DNA of 64,000 nucleotides from Planctomycetota bacterium (GTDB taxonomy: Bacteria > Planctomycetota > SZUA-567 > H5-PLA8), in contig JBBRPR010000019.1 of the NCBI GenBank assembly GCA_038227875.1, positions 32,001-96,000 of the forward strand. Reading direction: 5' to 3'. Both the position numbers and the translations under genes were made by a program. This document shows, one piece after another, positions 1 to 9,138 of the stretch (positions are counted from its first letter, which is position 1; each line of letters starts with the position of its first letter). The notes under the pieces were generated by a model that saw nothing but the letters and a program-made list of their open reading frames with translations, was not told where the DNA came from and searched no databases.

Positions 1-1023
1 ACGATGAAGGAACTCGACGCCGGCGGTATTTCCTGGCGACGCAAACGCGGCGACCAGCATCAGCAGGCTCGACTTCGGAACGTGGAAATTCGTCATCAAA
101 CCATCGGCGACGCGGAAATTGTACGGCGGAAAAACGAACAGGTCCGTGGTCCCCAGCAACGGACCGGAGACGGCTTCCGTCGTGATCTGCGGGACACTTT
201 CCAGCGCGCGCAAGCTGGTGGTGCCGACAGCAATGACGCGGCGGCCCTCGCGCTTGGCCTGGAGCACGGCCGCGGAGGTCTCGGCGGGAATGAGGTACGG
301 TTCGGGATCGACGTAATGCTGCTCGACATCGTCGGCTTTCACCGGCTTGAACGTGCCTGGGCCGACATGAAGCGTGACGTAGGCGAGAATCACCCCGCGT
401 TCGCGCAACGTGTTCAACAACTCGCCGGAAAAATGCAGTCCGGCGGTCGGCGCGGCGACGGCGCCCGGGTTTTGCGCGAAGACTGTCTGGTACCTCTGGC
501 GGTCGGCGTTGCTCGACGGACCGGGATCGCGGCGAATGTAAGGCGGCAGCGGCACTTCACCGTAGTGTGAGACGTAGACATCGAATTCGGCGGCGTTGCA
601 GGCGAAGGCCACGGTGTCGCCGGCTTCGCCGTGGCGTTCGTGCAGGGTGGCTTTCAGTCCGCCGCTGAGCGTGAACGATTCTCCGCGCAGCAGTTTGCCG
701 CCGGATTTCGCCAGCGCTCGCCGCAGCGTGACCGGCGCGCTGGAATTCTCCCCTTCTATGGGCGGTCCGGGAACGAGCAGAAATTCGACTTTGCCGCCGC
801 TGGAATCGCGCGTGGAGCGCAAGCGTGCGGGGATCACGCGGGTATCGTTGAGCACCAGGACGTCGCCGGATTTCAGAAACGCGGGAAGGTCGCGCACGGA
901 CGAATCCTGCCACGTCTGCTGCGCGCGGTTGAGCACCAGCAGCTTCGCGGCCTCGCGTTCCGGGAGCGGTTGCTGAGCGATCTGTTGTTCAGGAAGGTGG
1001 AAATTGAATAGCTCGGTCTTCAT
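1..1023 (-). CDS. queA: S-adenosylmethionine:tRNA ribosyltransferase-isomerase QueA (3' end runs off the left edge, so absent from the ORF track)
   Basis: Manual translation from ATG at 1023 gives MKTELFNFHLPEQQIAQQP...GDVLVLNDTRVIPAR...RYQTVFAQNPGAVAAPTAGLHF...TNFHVPKSSLLMLVAAF, all hallmark QueA motifs. Confidence 0.95.
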   Translation of the reverse strand, partial: MKTELFNFHLPEQQIAQQPLPEREAAKLLVLNRAQQTWQDSSVRDLPAFLKSGDVLVLNDTRVIPARLRSTRDSSGGKVEFLLVPGPPIEGENSSAPVTLRRALAKSGGKLLRGESFTLSGGLKATLHERHGEAGDTVAFACNAAEFDVYVSHYGEVPLPPYIRRDPGPSSNADRQRYQTVFAQNPGAVAAPTAGLHFSGELLNTLRERGVILAYVTLHVGPGTFKPVKADDVEQHYVDPEPYLIPAETSAAVLQAKREGRRVIAVGTTSLRALESVPQITTEAVSGPLLGTTDLFVFPPYNFRVADGLMTNFHVPKSSLLMLVAAFASPGNTAGVEFLHR

Positions 1024-1135
1024 CGCCGGGATTTTCGAAGAGGGACGCCTAAACGGAAAGTGCAATTCGCAATATTGCGATTAAGCTTTTCGACCTCGAC
1101 CAACCACCAACCTTTGGCACAAGGAGCTCCCGGCT

Positions 1136-1915
1136 ATGGGCTATGAAGAAATCACGATCTCGCATGCCAACGTTTCCGCCACCATCGCCCCCGCGCGCGG
1201 TGCGCTGGTAACCGGATTGAAAGTGAAGGGCAAAGACGTGCTGTACCTCGACCGAGCCTCCTTCGACGACCCGACCAAGAATGTGCGCGGCGGCATCCCG
1301 GTGCTCTTTCCGTACGCTGGAAAACTGGTCGACGAAGTCTTTGTTCATGCCAAGACCAAGATGAAGCAGCACGGTTTCGGCCGCAACAAGGAATGGAAGG
1401 TCACGCACAAGACTGCCGATTCGCTCACCGTACAGCTGAAGCCCGATGCCGACACCAACGCGCAGTATCCCTATGAATTCCTGGCGGAGCAGACCACCAC
1501 GGTGCTGCCGCGCGGACTGCAGGTCGATCTGCTCGTCTGCAACTACGGCGACAAGCCGATGCCGGTCTCGCCGGGCTGGCATCCGTACTATAATTGTCAC
1601 GGCCCGTCGAAGGGCAAGGTGACTGGCGATGTCGAAGGTCTTACCGCCGACAAGCTGGGCAACGACAAGGAATTCGATTTCGGCGTCGTGGCTCCGATGA
1701 CCGGCCAGGGACGCTTCGACGTTCCGGGACTGGGTAAGCTGACGGTAAAATTCACGCCGGTAATGAAGCACATGCAGTTCTGGTCGCAACCGGGCAAGGA
1801 TTTCATCTGCATCGAGCCGTTCTTTGGTCCGAACAACACGGTCAACACGGACAAGCGCTACGACATCGCGCCAAAATCCTGCCGTACGTTCTGGATGCGG
1901 ATCGAATTGGACTAA
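1136..1915 (+). CDS. Aldose 1-epimerase / galactose mutarotase-like protein
   Basis: Motifs RGGIPVLFP, HGFGR, GWHPY and FICIEP. SD AAGGAG upstream. Confidence 0.85.
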   Translation: MGYEEITISHANVSATIAPARGALVTGLKVKGKDVLYLDRASFDDPTKNVRGGIPVLFPYAGKLVDEVFVHAKTKMKQHGFGRNKEWKVTHKTADSLTVQLKPDADTNAQYPYEFLAEQTTTVLPRGLQVDLLVCNYGDKPMPVSPGWHPYYNCHGPSKGKVTGDVEGLTADKLGNDKEFDFGVVAPMTGQGRFDVPGLGKLTVKFTPVMKHMQFWSQPGKDFICIEPFFGPNNTVNTDKRYDIAPKSCRTFWMRIELD

Positions 1916-1924
1916 GTCGCAGCC

Positions 1925-1954
1925 GTACCCTGCCGCCAATTGGCGGCAGGGTAC
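1925..1954. repeat. 30-bp perfect palindrome, member of the AATT-centred palindrome family
   Basis: GTACCCTGCCGCCAATTGGCGGCAGGGTAC. Confidence 0.9.
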
Positions 1955-1995
1955 AAACTGGTCAATTTCCGACAATTCAGGTCCATTGGAACGCG

Positions 1996-2988
1996 ATGAC
2001 GAAAGCGACCGCGAAAAGCAGAGCAACGAAGCCGCTCGACATCCTCGTGACGGGCGGATTGGGCGCGGTGGGCGGGCATCTCGTTCCGGAGCTCGAACGC
2101 CGCGGACATCGCGTCTTCGTCGCGGATATCCGACATCATCACAATGCGCCGAACTATGCGCGTTGTGATGTCTCGGCGTACCGCCAGGTCGAACGACTCT
2201 GGACGGGAGGCGGTTGGCCGCAGGGCTACACGCCCAAGCCGCGCAAATTTGATGTCGTTTACCATCTCGCGGCGGAGTTCGGCCGCTGGAATGGTGAAGA
2301 TTATTTTGAAAATCTTTGGAACACCAATGCGATCGGCACCAAGAACATCCTCCGCATGCAGGAACGGGAGGGGTTTAAGGCGGTCTATTTCTCATCTTCG
2401 GAAGTCTACGGCGACTACGACGGCGTGATGAGCGAAGACGTAATGGACAAGGTCGAAATCAAGCAACTCAACGACTACGCCATGACGAAGTGGGTCAATG
2501 AGCAGCAGGTGCTGAATTCGGCCTCGCAATTCAAGACCAAAAGTGTGCGCGTGAGGCTCTTCAACACCTATGGGCCGGGCGAAGTGTACAGCCCGTATCG
2601 ATCGGTGATCTGCCTCTTCTGCTATCGGGCGCTGAATAATATTCCGTACACGGTCTACCGCGGGCATAAGCGGACCAGCACGTTCATCACCGACATGAGC
2701 CGCACGCTGGCGAACATCAGCGGGAATTTCAAGGCCGGCGAAGTCTATAATATAGGAGGCACGGACTATCACGATATTGAGACCTGTTCGGACCTGATTT
2801 TGGGGCATCTTAAGAAGAGCGACAAGGCCTTGGTGACCTACAAGGATTCAGAAATCCTCACGACGCGACAGAAACTGGTCGATTGTACAAAAGCCAAACG
2901 GGATCTGGATCACCGGACCACGGTGACGCTGAAGGAGGGAATTCGTCGCACCTTGGTGTGGATGCGGAAGGCCTATGGGATACACTAA
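1996..2988 (+). CDS. NAD-dependent epimerase/dehydratase (extended SDR; nucleotide-sugar modifying)
   Basis: TGGLGAVG Rossmann motif, HLAA, SSSEVYG, YAMTK (YxxxK), RLFNTYGPG. Confidence 0.9.
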   Translation: MTKATAKSRATKPLDILVTGGLGAVGGHLVPELERRGHRVFVADIRHHHNAPNYARCDVSAYRQVERLWTGGGWPQGYTPKPRKFDVVYHLAAEFGRWNGEDYFENLWNTNAIGTKNILRMQEREGFKAVYFSSSEVYGDYDGVMSEDVMDKVEIKQLNDYAMTKWVNEQQVLNSASQFKTKSVRVRLFNTYGPGEVYSPYRSVICLFCYRALNNIPYTVYRGHKRTSTFITDMSRTLANISGNFKAGEVYNIGGTDYHDIETCSDLILGHLKKSDKALVTYKDSEILTTRQKLVDCTKAKRDLDHRTTVTLKEGIRRTLVWMRKAYGIH

Positions 2989-3018
2989 TAATAGGCTTAC
3001 ATAAGGGAGGAATTGCCC

Positions 3019-3249
3019 ATGACTGTGTCCATCACCTACTGCACGCTCTGAAATTTTGAGCCACAAGCCGCCAGTCTGGCGGACGAATTAAGGGCGAATT
3101 TTGGGGTGCAAGCGAAGTTGATCGAAGGTCGCGGCGGTGTCTTTGACGTGGTTTGTGACGGAAAAATGATTTATTCGAAAAAACAGACCGGACGGTTTCC
3201 GAACGCGGGTGAGGTCAGTAAACTGCTGCGGGAAACGAGTAATAACTGA
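3019..3249 (+). CDS. SelW/SelT/SelH (Rdx family) selenoprotein, 76 aa, in-frame TGA at 3049-3051 read as Sec
   Basis: Strong SD GGGAGG, then MTVSITYCTLUNFEPQAASLADELRANFGVQAKLIEGRGGVFDVVCDGKMIYSKKQTGRFPNAGEVSKLL. Shows the CxxU motif plus the Rdx motifs GxFDV and YSK...GRFP. Missed by the ORF track. Confidence 0.9.
3068..3082 (+). promoter_or_regulatory. Candidate bacterial SECIS apical hairpin
   Basis: CCGCCA-GTC-TGGCGG. The G-containing loop lies about 22 nt downstream of the in-frame UGA. Confidence 0.7.
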
Positions 3250-3301
3250 GGGATGTTTGGTTGATGTTTCATTCGCACGGAACGATGTGCAGGATTTTAC
3301 C

Positions 3302-3330
3302 TTGACGAGAAGTTTTTACCGCATTACTGT
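3302..3330 (+). promoter_or_regulatory. Candidate sigma70-type promoter for the pil operon
   Basis: TTGACG-N17-TACTGT, about 40 nt upstream of the pilM start. Confidence 0.5.
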
Positions 3331-3370
3331 CAGTGCCTTGTTTTGAATCTTGGGTCAGGAGCATCTTCGC

Positions 3371-4411
3371 GTGGGTCTTTTCGGTCGAAAAAAGAGCCTG
3401 CTCGGTCTGGACATTGGCTCCTCCTCGGTGAAGGCGGTTGAGCTCACACGCGTGGGCCAGAGCGTCGTTATCACCGGCATGGGCAAGGCGGAAGTCGAAA
3501 GCCCGGAAGCCGTGGGCGAAGCGATCACGGCGGCATTGCGCGAAGGTGGCATTAAGACCAAGCGCGCCTGCAGTTCGGTCTCCGGACGGTCGGTGATTCA
3601 CCGCCAGGTGCCGATGATGTCGATTCCAGACGCCGAGCTCAAACAGGCGATGGAATACGAAGCCGATAAATATATTCCCTTCGACGTGACCGAAGTGCAG
3701 CTCGACGCGCAACGCATGCGCGAGGGCGACACGGAAGAAAATCAGGCCGGCGCTCCTGCGGGGCAGATGAAAGTGCTGCTGGTCGCCGCCAAGAAGACGC
3801 TGATCGAAGAGCACATCAATCTGCTGCAGTCGGTTGGACTTTCGCCGGTGGTCGTCGACGTGGACTTCCTGGCCTTGGGCAACGCCTTCGAACTGCGCAA
3901 TCTGATGCTGGGCATCAATGATAACGAAGTTCGGGCGCTGGTGGACATCGGCGCGAGCAAGACGGACATCAACATCATGCGCGGCAACAGTTCGTACTTT
4001 CAGCGCGAAATCTTCATGGCCGGCAACGATCTGACAGACGCGGTCGCCAAGCGCTTCGGTGAAGATCCGAAGGACGTCGAGAAGATGAAGAAGGATCCGG
4101 GCGGCGCGCTGGAATCCATGCAGGACGCGATGCTGCCGGTGCTCGAAGACATCGGAAGCGAAATCCGGCTCTCGTTTGACTACCACGAAAATCAGCACGA
4201 TCAGGAAGTGAAGGAAGTGTACATTTCGGGCGGATCAGTACTGTTCCCGGGCATCGACACGATGCTGGCGCAGATTTTCAATCTGCCGATCAAGGTGTGG
4301 GATCCGACGGAAGGGCTGGAAATCACAGGCTTCAATCCTGGCGGCATGGGCAGTGCCAATTCCGACATGGCAATTGCGCTCGGTTTGGCCAGCCGCTTGA
4401 GGAACATGTAA
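3371..4411 (+). CDS. pilM: Type IV pilus assembly protein PilM (actin-like)
   Basis: LGLDIGSSSVKAVEL, EADKYIPF, ALVDIGASKT, YISGGS, IALGLA. GTG start after SD AGGAG. Confidence 0.93.
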   Translation: MGLFGRKKSLLGLDIGSSSVKAVELTRVGQSVVITGMGKAEVESPEAVGEAITAALREGGIKTKRACSSVSGRSVIHRQVPMMSIPDAELKQAMEYEADKYIPFDVTEVQLDAQRMREGDTEENQAGAPAGQMKVLLVAAKKTLIEEHINLLQSVGLSPVVVDVDFLALGNAFELRNLMLGINDNEVRALVDIGASKTDINIMRGNSSYFQREIFMAGNDLTDAVAKRFGEDPKDVEKMKKDPGGALESMQDAMLPVLEDIGSEIRLSFDYHENQHDQEVKEVYISGGSVLFPGIDTMLAQIFNLPIKVWDPTEGLEITGFNPGGMGSANSDMAIALGLASRLRNM

Positions 4412-4413
4412 GC

Positions 4414-5169
4414 ATGATAGAAATCAATCTATTACCGGAAGATCTCCGGCAGGCGGAAGGCACGCCCATCATACGGCTCGCGGCGATCATGGGATCGGTC
4501 GTGGTGGCCTGCGGTCTGGGCGTGATGATCAGTTTCTACTACATGGTTTACATTCCGCGCGTCAAAGACGACATCAAGCAGCGCGAAGTGGACATCGCTA
4601 ATTTGAAGGTGCGCGAAGCCGAAGTCAAAGAAATCGACAACCAGATTGCCAAGCTGCAGGAAAAGGTCCAGGCGCTCGACAACCTCAACCAGAGCCGCAT
4701 GCGCTACGGCCGTCTGTTTGATCATCTCACCAATTCGATGCCCGATGGCGTATGGTTCAAAGGCTTCACGGTTGGACCGGAAGCAGGCACGATTGGTCTG
4801 CCTCCCAGCCTGGGCGGCAAACGCTACACCATCCAATTGACCGGCGTCTCCACGGGCGGCACGGACAAGGAAATGGACAATCGCATTACCGAGTTGGTTC
4901 ACAACATGGAACGGGAATTCGGCGTGGCTCGCGAAGAATGGAAGCCCAAGCCCGGTGATCCGCCCGGCGCAGTTGCGCCTCCGCTATTTGGTTTCAACAA
5001 GGAGTTGGGAGCGCGATTCTTCCATCCCGACACACCGAACATCACGGTCACCACGTTGCCTGCGCCGCTGGATGTGCCCAAGGAAGCGCTGAAGGCGCTG
5101 AATGCTCCAACGGTGGGACACGATTTTACGATGTCGTTCACGTTTGAAATGCCGCCGCCCAAGAACTGA
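4414..5169 (+). CDS. pilN: Type IV pilus assembly protein PilN
   Basis: N-terminal MIEINLLP motif, one TM helix, coiled coil, PDGVWF; lies directly after pilM. Confidence 0.88.
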   Translation: MIEINLLPEDLRQAEGTPIIRLAAIMGSVVVACGLGVMISFYYMVYIPRVKDDIKQREVDIANLKVREAEVKEIDNQIAKLQEKVQALDNLNQSRMRYGRLFDHLTNSMPDGVWFKGFTVGPEAGTIGLPPSLGGKRYTIQLTGVSTGGTDKEMDNRITELVHNMEREFGVAREEWKPKPGDPPGAVAPPLFGFNKELGARFFHPDTPNITVTTLPAPLDVPKEALKALNAPTVGHDFTMSFTFEMPPPKN

Positions 5170-5235
5170 GGACGGCAGTAGCCAGATCTGCAATACGCGT
5201 GAGGGTGGCGGACGTAAAGAAGGAGCAGGTGTAGC

Positions 5236-5805
5236 ATGGCAGCCAACGAATGGTCGGAAAAAACCCGCATGATCGTCACCATCGCCATTGGCGTGGTGGC
5301 CAACATTGCCCTGGGTACCGTGCTGTACATGGCCTATAGCGACTGGAAGGTCAAAGACGCCGAACTAACCAAGAAGAAGAAGGAAATCGAATCGCTGAAG
5401 CAGGTGGTCGACAAGAAGCCGGAAAAGGAAACGCAGTTGAAAGGTCTCCAGGCCGATTTCGAACACAAGAAGGAACAACTTCCCGACGCAGCCGCGATGG
5501 AAAAGCTGATCGACGACTTGGCGCCCATTGCTGACCACAATTCCTGCAAACGAAAAACATGGCGCAGGACGGTGGCGACCGATGCGGGTGCCGGCAACAA
5601 TCTGGTGAAGTCGGTCTTTAGCACAACCTGGGAGGCGGATTTCTTCGGTTGGTGCAAGATGATCAATGAAATCGAAGAACGGTTTCCACGATTCATCGGC
5701 TTTGAGAACATGCGCCTCACGCCCAAGAATTCTGGCATGGTGGCCACTGGAGCGGTGCACGACCTTTCGGTTGATATTGTCTCGTACCAGTACGTCCGCC
5801 AATAG
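5236..5805 (+). CDS. pilO: Type IV pilus assembly protein PilO
   Basis: TM helix, coiled coil, QLP...LIDDL and a ferredoxin-like C-terminus; operon position; SD AAGGAG. Confidence 0.78.
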   Translation: MAANEWSEKTRMIVTIAIGVVANIALGTVLYMAYSDWKVKDAELTKKKKEIESLKQVVDKKPEKETQLKGLQADFEHKKEQLPDAAAMEKLIDDLAPIADHNSCKRKTWRRTVATDAGAGNNLVKSVFSTTWEADFFGWCKMINEIEERFPRFIGFENMRLTPKNSGMVATGAVHDLSVDIVSYQYVRQ

Positions 5806-5893
5806 CGCAAATAGCGCCACACGTGGATGTTCCGGGTGATGGTTTCAGTGCGGTAAAGCGGGGTGTGTAGTGCGGAATCAAAAGGGTCTAGTT

Positions 5894-6640
5894 ATGAGCG
5901 AATCGGGACAGCGCAGAAGTCTTTTGCCTCTGCTCGCCGTTCTCCTGCTGCTGACGGTTGCCCCGTTTGCACGTGCGATCGCCGGCGAAGCTCCGCCTCC
6001 TCCGGCGGGCGGCGCGGAAGCCACGCCAGAAAATAAGGAAGGCGAGAAGAAGCCGATCGAAGAGTCGTTCAACTTTGTGCCTGGCGAGCGCCGCGATCCG
6101 TTCACGTTCACCAAGGTCATTCCGAAGGTAGCACCGCCGCCGACGGGCGTGATCACCACTCCCGACGAAGACAAGACTCCGCAGCGCATGGATGCCGCGC
6201 AGATTGCCGCCAAGAAGAACGAAGCGTTGAATTTTTACGCGCAGGCGGAAGGCTCGTTGATGGAAATGAACGCGACGGAAAGCATGGCACGTTGTGACCG
6301 CGGTTTGGAAGTTTTCAAAGACGTGCAGATGAATCTTTACAAAGAATTACAGGAAGTTCGAGATGTTTTATTGCGGCTGCGAAAGGCCGCCGAACGCATC
6401 CGCCAGAGGCAGGATGCGGAGCGTGATTTTGGCATGATGAACATCCATTTAACGGGCGTTGTAGCGCGCGATAAAAACTCACAAGCCATTATCAATGCAA
6501 AGGTTGTAGCAAAGGGTGACGTCGTTCCTTCCTCCACGGAAGGTTCTGACGTGGTGGTCTCGGACATACTGCCTCAGCAGGTGGTCTTCATCTATCGTGG
6601 ATACAAGATGATGCTGACGTTGTCCGAAATAGGGAGATGA
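5894..6640 (+). CDS. PilP-like exported protein (no lipobox seen)
   Basis: Signal peptide, RRDPF motif, C-terminal IHLTGVV...AIIN (PilP/GspC-HR-like); lies between pilO and the secretin gene. Confidence 0.6.
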   Translation: MSESGQRRSLLPLLAVLLLLTVAPFARAIAGEAPPPPAGGAEATPENKEGEKKPIEESFNFVPGERRDPFTFTKVIPKVAPPPTGVITTPDEDKTPQRMDAAQIAAKKNEALNFYAQAEGSLMEMNATESMARCDRGLEVFKDVQMNLYKELQEVRDVLLRLRKAAERIRQRQDAERDFGMMNIHLTGVVARDKNSQAIINAKVVAKGDVVPSSTEGSDVVVSDILPQQVVFIYRGYKMMLTLSEIGR

Positions 6641-6775
6641 CAGGCTACGAAAGGTCGATATAGTAGCTTCTCATCGTGAACAGTGTGCGGGGGAAAACCG
6701 AACAGCCTGCAAAGGCTGGGCAACGAATAGTCTGTCTTTGGTGCGCCAATACCAGAGTCAGCCAGGAGGGGGCCA

Positions 6776-8767
6776 TTGGTTGAGGAAATGTCGTTTCCTC
6801 GAGCGTCCATCCGTTGCACGGGCTCGCTGCAGATCAGCGGACGTGTGCGGTACGCTCACGCCAAATTAGTGTCGCGCTTTATGCTCTGTGGAGTTCTGGC
6901 CTGTGCGGCCGGGGCGCTCCAGGCGGGCGACGATTCAGGTCCGGTTCTACGCCGCGTAGAATCGATCACCAGCAGCGAAGATATCCAAGCCGGCACGCAA
7001 GCGCCCGGCGCGCTGATCACGCTTGAAGTCAATGAGCGTCCCCTCAAGCAGGTGTTGGACTATCTCTCCACCGTCAGCGGAAAGAACATCCGCGTCGTCA
7101 AAGAGAAGGACAACAAGCTGCTGATCACGTTCAAGCTTGAGAACGTGACCTACCGCGCGATTCTCGATTTCATTGCCCGCAAATATGGCATGGTCATCGA
7201 TGACACGCAGTTGCGCACCGGCAACATCATTTTCGTGGATACGCCTGAAAAGGTCTCCATGGTGTTCCAGCGCGCCGACATCCGCGACGTCATCAACACC
7301 ATCGCGATCCAGTCGAACGCCAACATCGTGATCGGACCGGAAGTAACCGGCGAAGTCTCGATGCGCCTGGAGAACGTGCCTTGGAACGACGCGCTGAACA
7401 TCGTCGTCAAGACGTTGGACTTCGTGGCGGTGCCGGAAGTCAACAACACCATCCGCATCACCAGCCCGGCGAAAATCGCACAGCAGCTGGACATCCGCAT
7501 CTTCCGACTGGCGTACATTTCGCCGGAAGGTTCGAAGTACACCGCGGTGCTCAACAGCGAATTTGCCAAGCGTGAAGAATCCAAGGATACCGCCGCCGCC
7601 GGCCAGTCGTTGATCGACGTGCTGACGAAGGTCAAGGGATCCCAGGGTACGATCTCGTTTGAAAAACGCTCCAACGCCCTGGTTGTCCGCGACACGTCCA
7701 CCAGCCTCGACCAGATGCAGTTGATCATCGACAAGCTGGACGTTCCGCCCAAGCAGGTGCACGTGGCCGTCAAGCTCGTCGAACTCTCCGATTCCGATTC
7801 GGAAGCGATCGGCGTGGACTGGGGCAACGGACTGCAGCTCCAGGTCAATCCGATCAGCGGCTTCTCGACTGCCTTCCCATTTGACGTCTCGAACGGGCTG
7901 AGCAACTCGCTGCTGGGCAAGTTGGCGGTCGGTCTTGCGCCCACCCGCGTCCCCGCTGGAAACACGCACGTCGGATCTGACATCTTCGGATTGGGATCCT
8001 CAGTCAACCGCGGCGGCGATGGACTGCCCACCTCCGTCTCCCCCTTGGGTCTGGGTTCGGTGAGCACGGCCGGCACCAATGCTCTCCTGCAGTTGATTCG
8101 CACCAAGACCAGCGGCCGGGTCATCCAGGCACCGCAGATCATTGCGCTGGATAACGAAGAAGCCACGATTCAGGTCGGCGAACTGGTCCGCTACGCGGAA
8201 ACGTTCGTGGCGAACACTGAAGGTGGTGGAAACGTTTCCGGTTTCCGCGAAGCTTCCGGCTCGCCCATCAAGCTGGGAACGCAGCTCCTGATCATCCCGC
8301 ACGTGACCGGACCTGAAAACAATGTGCTGATGACGGTGGTGCCGAAGGTTGAAAGCTTCAGCACTTCCCGCAGCGGACTCAACGGCGCTCCGGCCGGATT
8401 CCAGCGCTTCAACGGCGCGGGCATCTCGTTGGACTTGCCGCAAACCGCCCAGCGCATCGTGGTGACCAAGATGATGCTGCGCAACGGCGAAACGGGCGTG
8501 ATCGGCGGACTGCGCGCCGAAACCGACGCGACGTCGGAAACGAAAGTTCCGATCTTCGGCGAAATTCCGGTGCTCGGCCGGTTGTTCAAGCACCGCGGCG
8601 CCTCGTCGTCCAGCACCAACCTGCTGGTCTTCGTGACACCGACGATTGTTGACTTCCACGAAAGTGATACGTTCAAGAAGGAACTCGACCGCCTGAAGCA
8701 GGACTTCTCCCGGCCTTTCACGCCGCTGGGCGAAGAAGAAGAAACCACGGCCTCGGCGGCCAAGTAA
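6776..8767 (+). CDS. pilQ: Type IV pilus secretin PilQ / GspD family (start codon uncertain)
   Basis: N-domains (ADIRDVI...VPWNDAL), LDVPPKQV, APQIIALDNEEATIQVG, GETGVIGGL, KVPIFGEIPVLGRLFK, LLVFVTPTIV. Confidence 0.9.
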   Translation: MVEEMSFPRASIRCTGSLQISGRVRYAHAKLVSRFMLCGVLACAAGALQAGDDSGPVLRRVESITSSEDIQAGTQAPGALITLEVNERPLKQVLDYLSTVSGKNIRVVKEKDNKLLITFKLENVTYRAILDFIARKYGMVIDDTQLRTGNIIFVDTPEKVSMVFQRADIRDVINTIAIQSNANIVIGPEVTGEVSMRLENVPWNDALNIVVKTLDFVAVPEVNNTIRITSPAKIAQQLDIRIFRLAYISPEGSKYTAVLNSEFAKREESKDTAAAGQSLIDVLTKVKGSQGTISFEKRSNALVVRDTSTSLDQMQLIIDKLDVPPKQVHVAVKLVELSDSDSEAIGVDWGNGLQLQVNPISGFSTAFPFDVSNGLSNSLLGKLAVGLAPTRVPAGNTHVGSDIFGLGSSVNRGGDGLPTSVSPLGLGSVSTAGTNALLQLIRTKTSGRVIQAPQIIALDNEEATIQVGELVRYAETFVANTEGGGNVSGFREASGSPIKLGTQLLIIPHVTGPENNVLMTVVPKVESFSTSRSGLNGAPAGFQRFNGAGISLDLPQTAQRIVVTKMMLRNGETGVIGGLRAETDATSETKVPIFGEIPVLGRLFKHRGASSSSTNLLVFVTPTIVDFHESDTFKKELDRLKQDFSRPFTPLGEEEETTASAAK

Positions 8768-8780
8768 GGATCAACATCTG

Positions 8781-8817
8781 AAACGGGCGGCGGAAAATTT
8801 CCGCCGCCCGTTTTTTT
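8781..8817 (+). terminator. Rho-independent terminator of the pil operon
   Basis: AAACGGGCGGCGGAAA-A-TTTCCGCCGCCCGTTT followed by a T run. Confidence 0.85.
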
Positions 8818-9138
8818 ATTCCCGCTCTGCCTTGGAACATTGCCACAAAAGTGTGATGGAAACGGAGTAGGTTTAAGGCTAGACTCGATTTTGGCTTTGG
8901 GAGGGTATTCAGCCTTCCGCCGACGATTCCGGTGGCCAACGAATTTTCAGTAGAACTGCCGGCTCGGGGCGGTCCCAGGCCGGATTCAGGTGAACTCAAG
9001 GATCTGTCGCGCGGCATCTCCTCCTATCGCACCCGAAATGTAAGCGGGCTGATTCCCCGGTCGTGAGCATGAAGCTCGCGTGGAAGGTGAGTAGCTTGCA
9101 AGTGTGCGGATGTGAAGGCCCCAGTAGTGTTCGCTGCG

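Noticed and set aside
4..1011. Plus-strand ORFs 4-570, 596-976 and 631-1011
   Set aside because: Antisense shadows of queA, which lacks a stop in the window and was not called by the ORF track.
6685..6722. Possible c-di-GMP riboswitch before pilQ
   Set aside because: Only a single GNRA hairpin (CAGCCT-GCAA-AGGCTG) is present; the class I consensus elements are not properly arranged.
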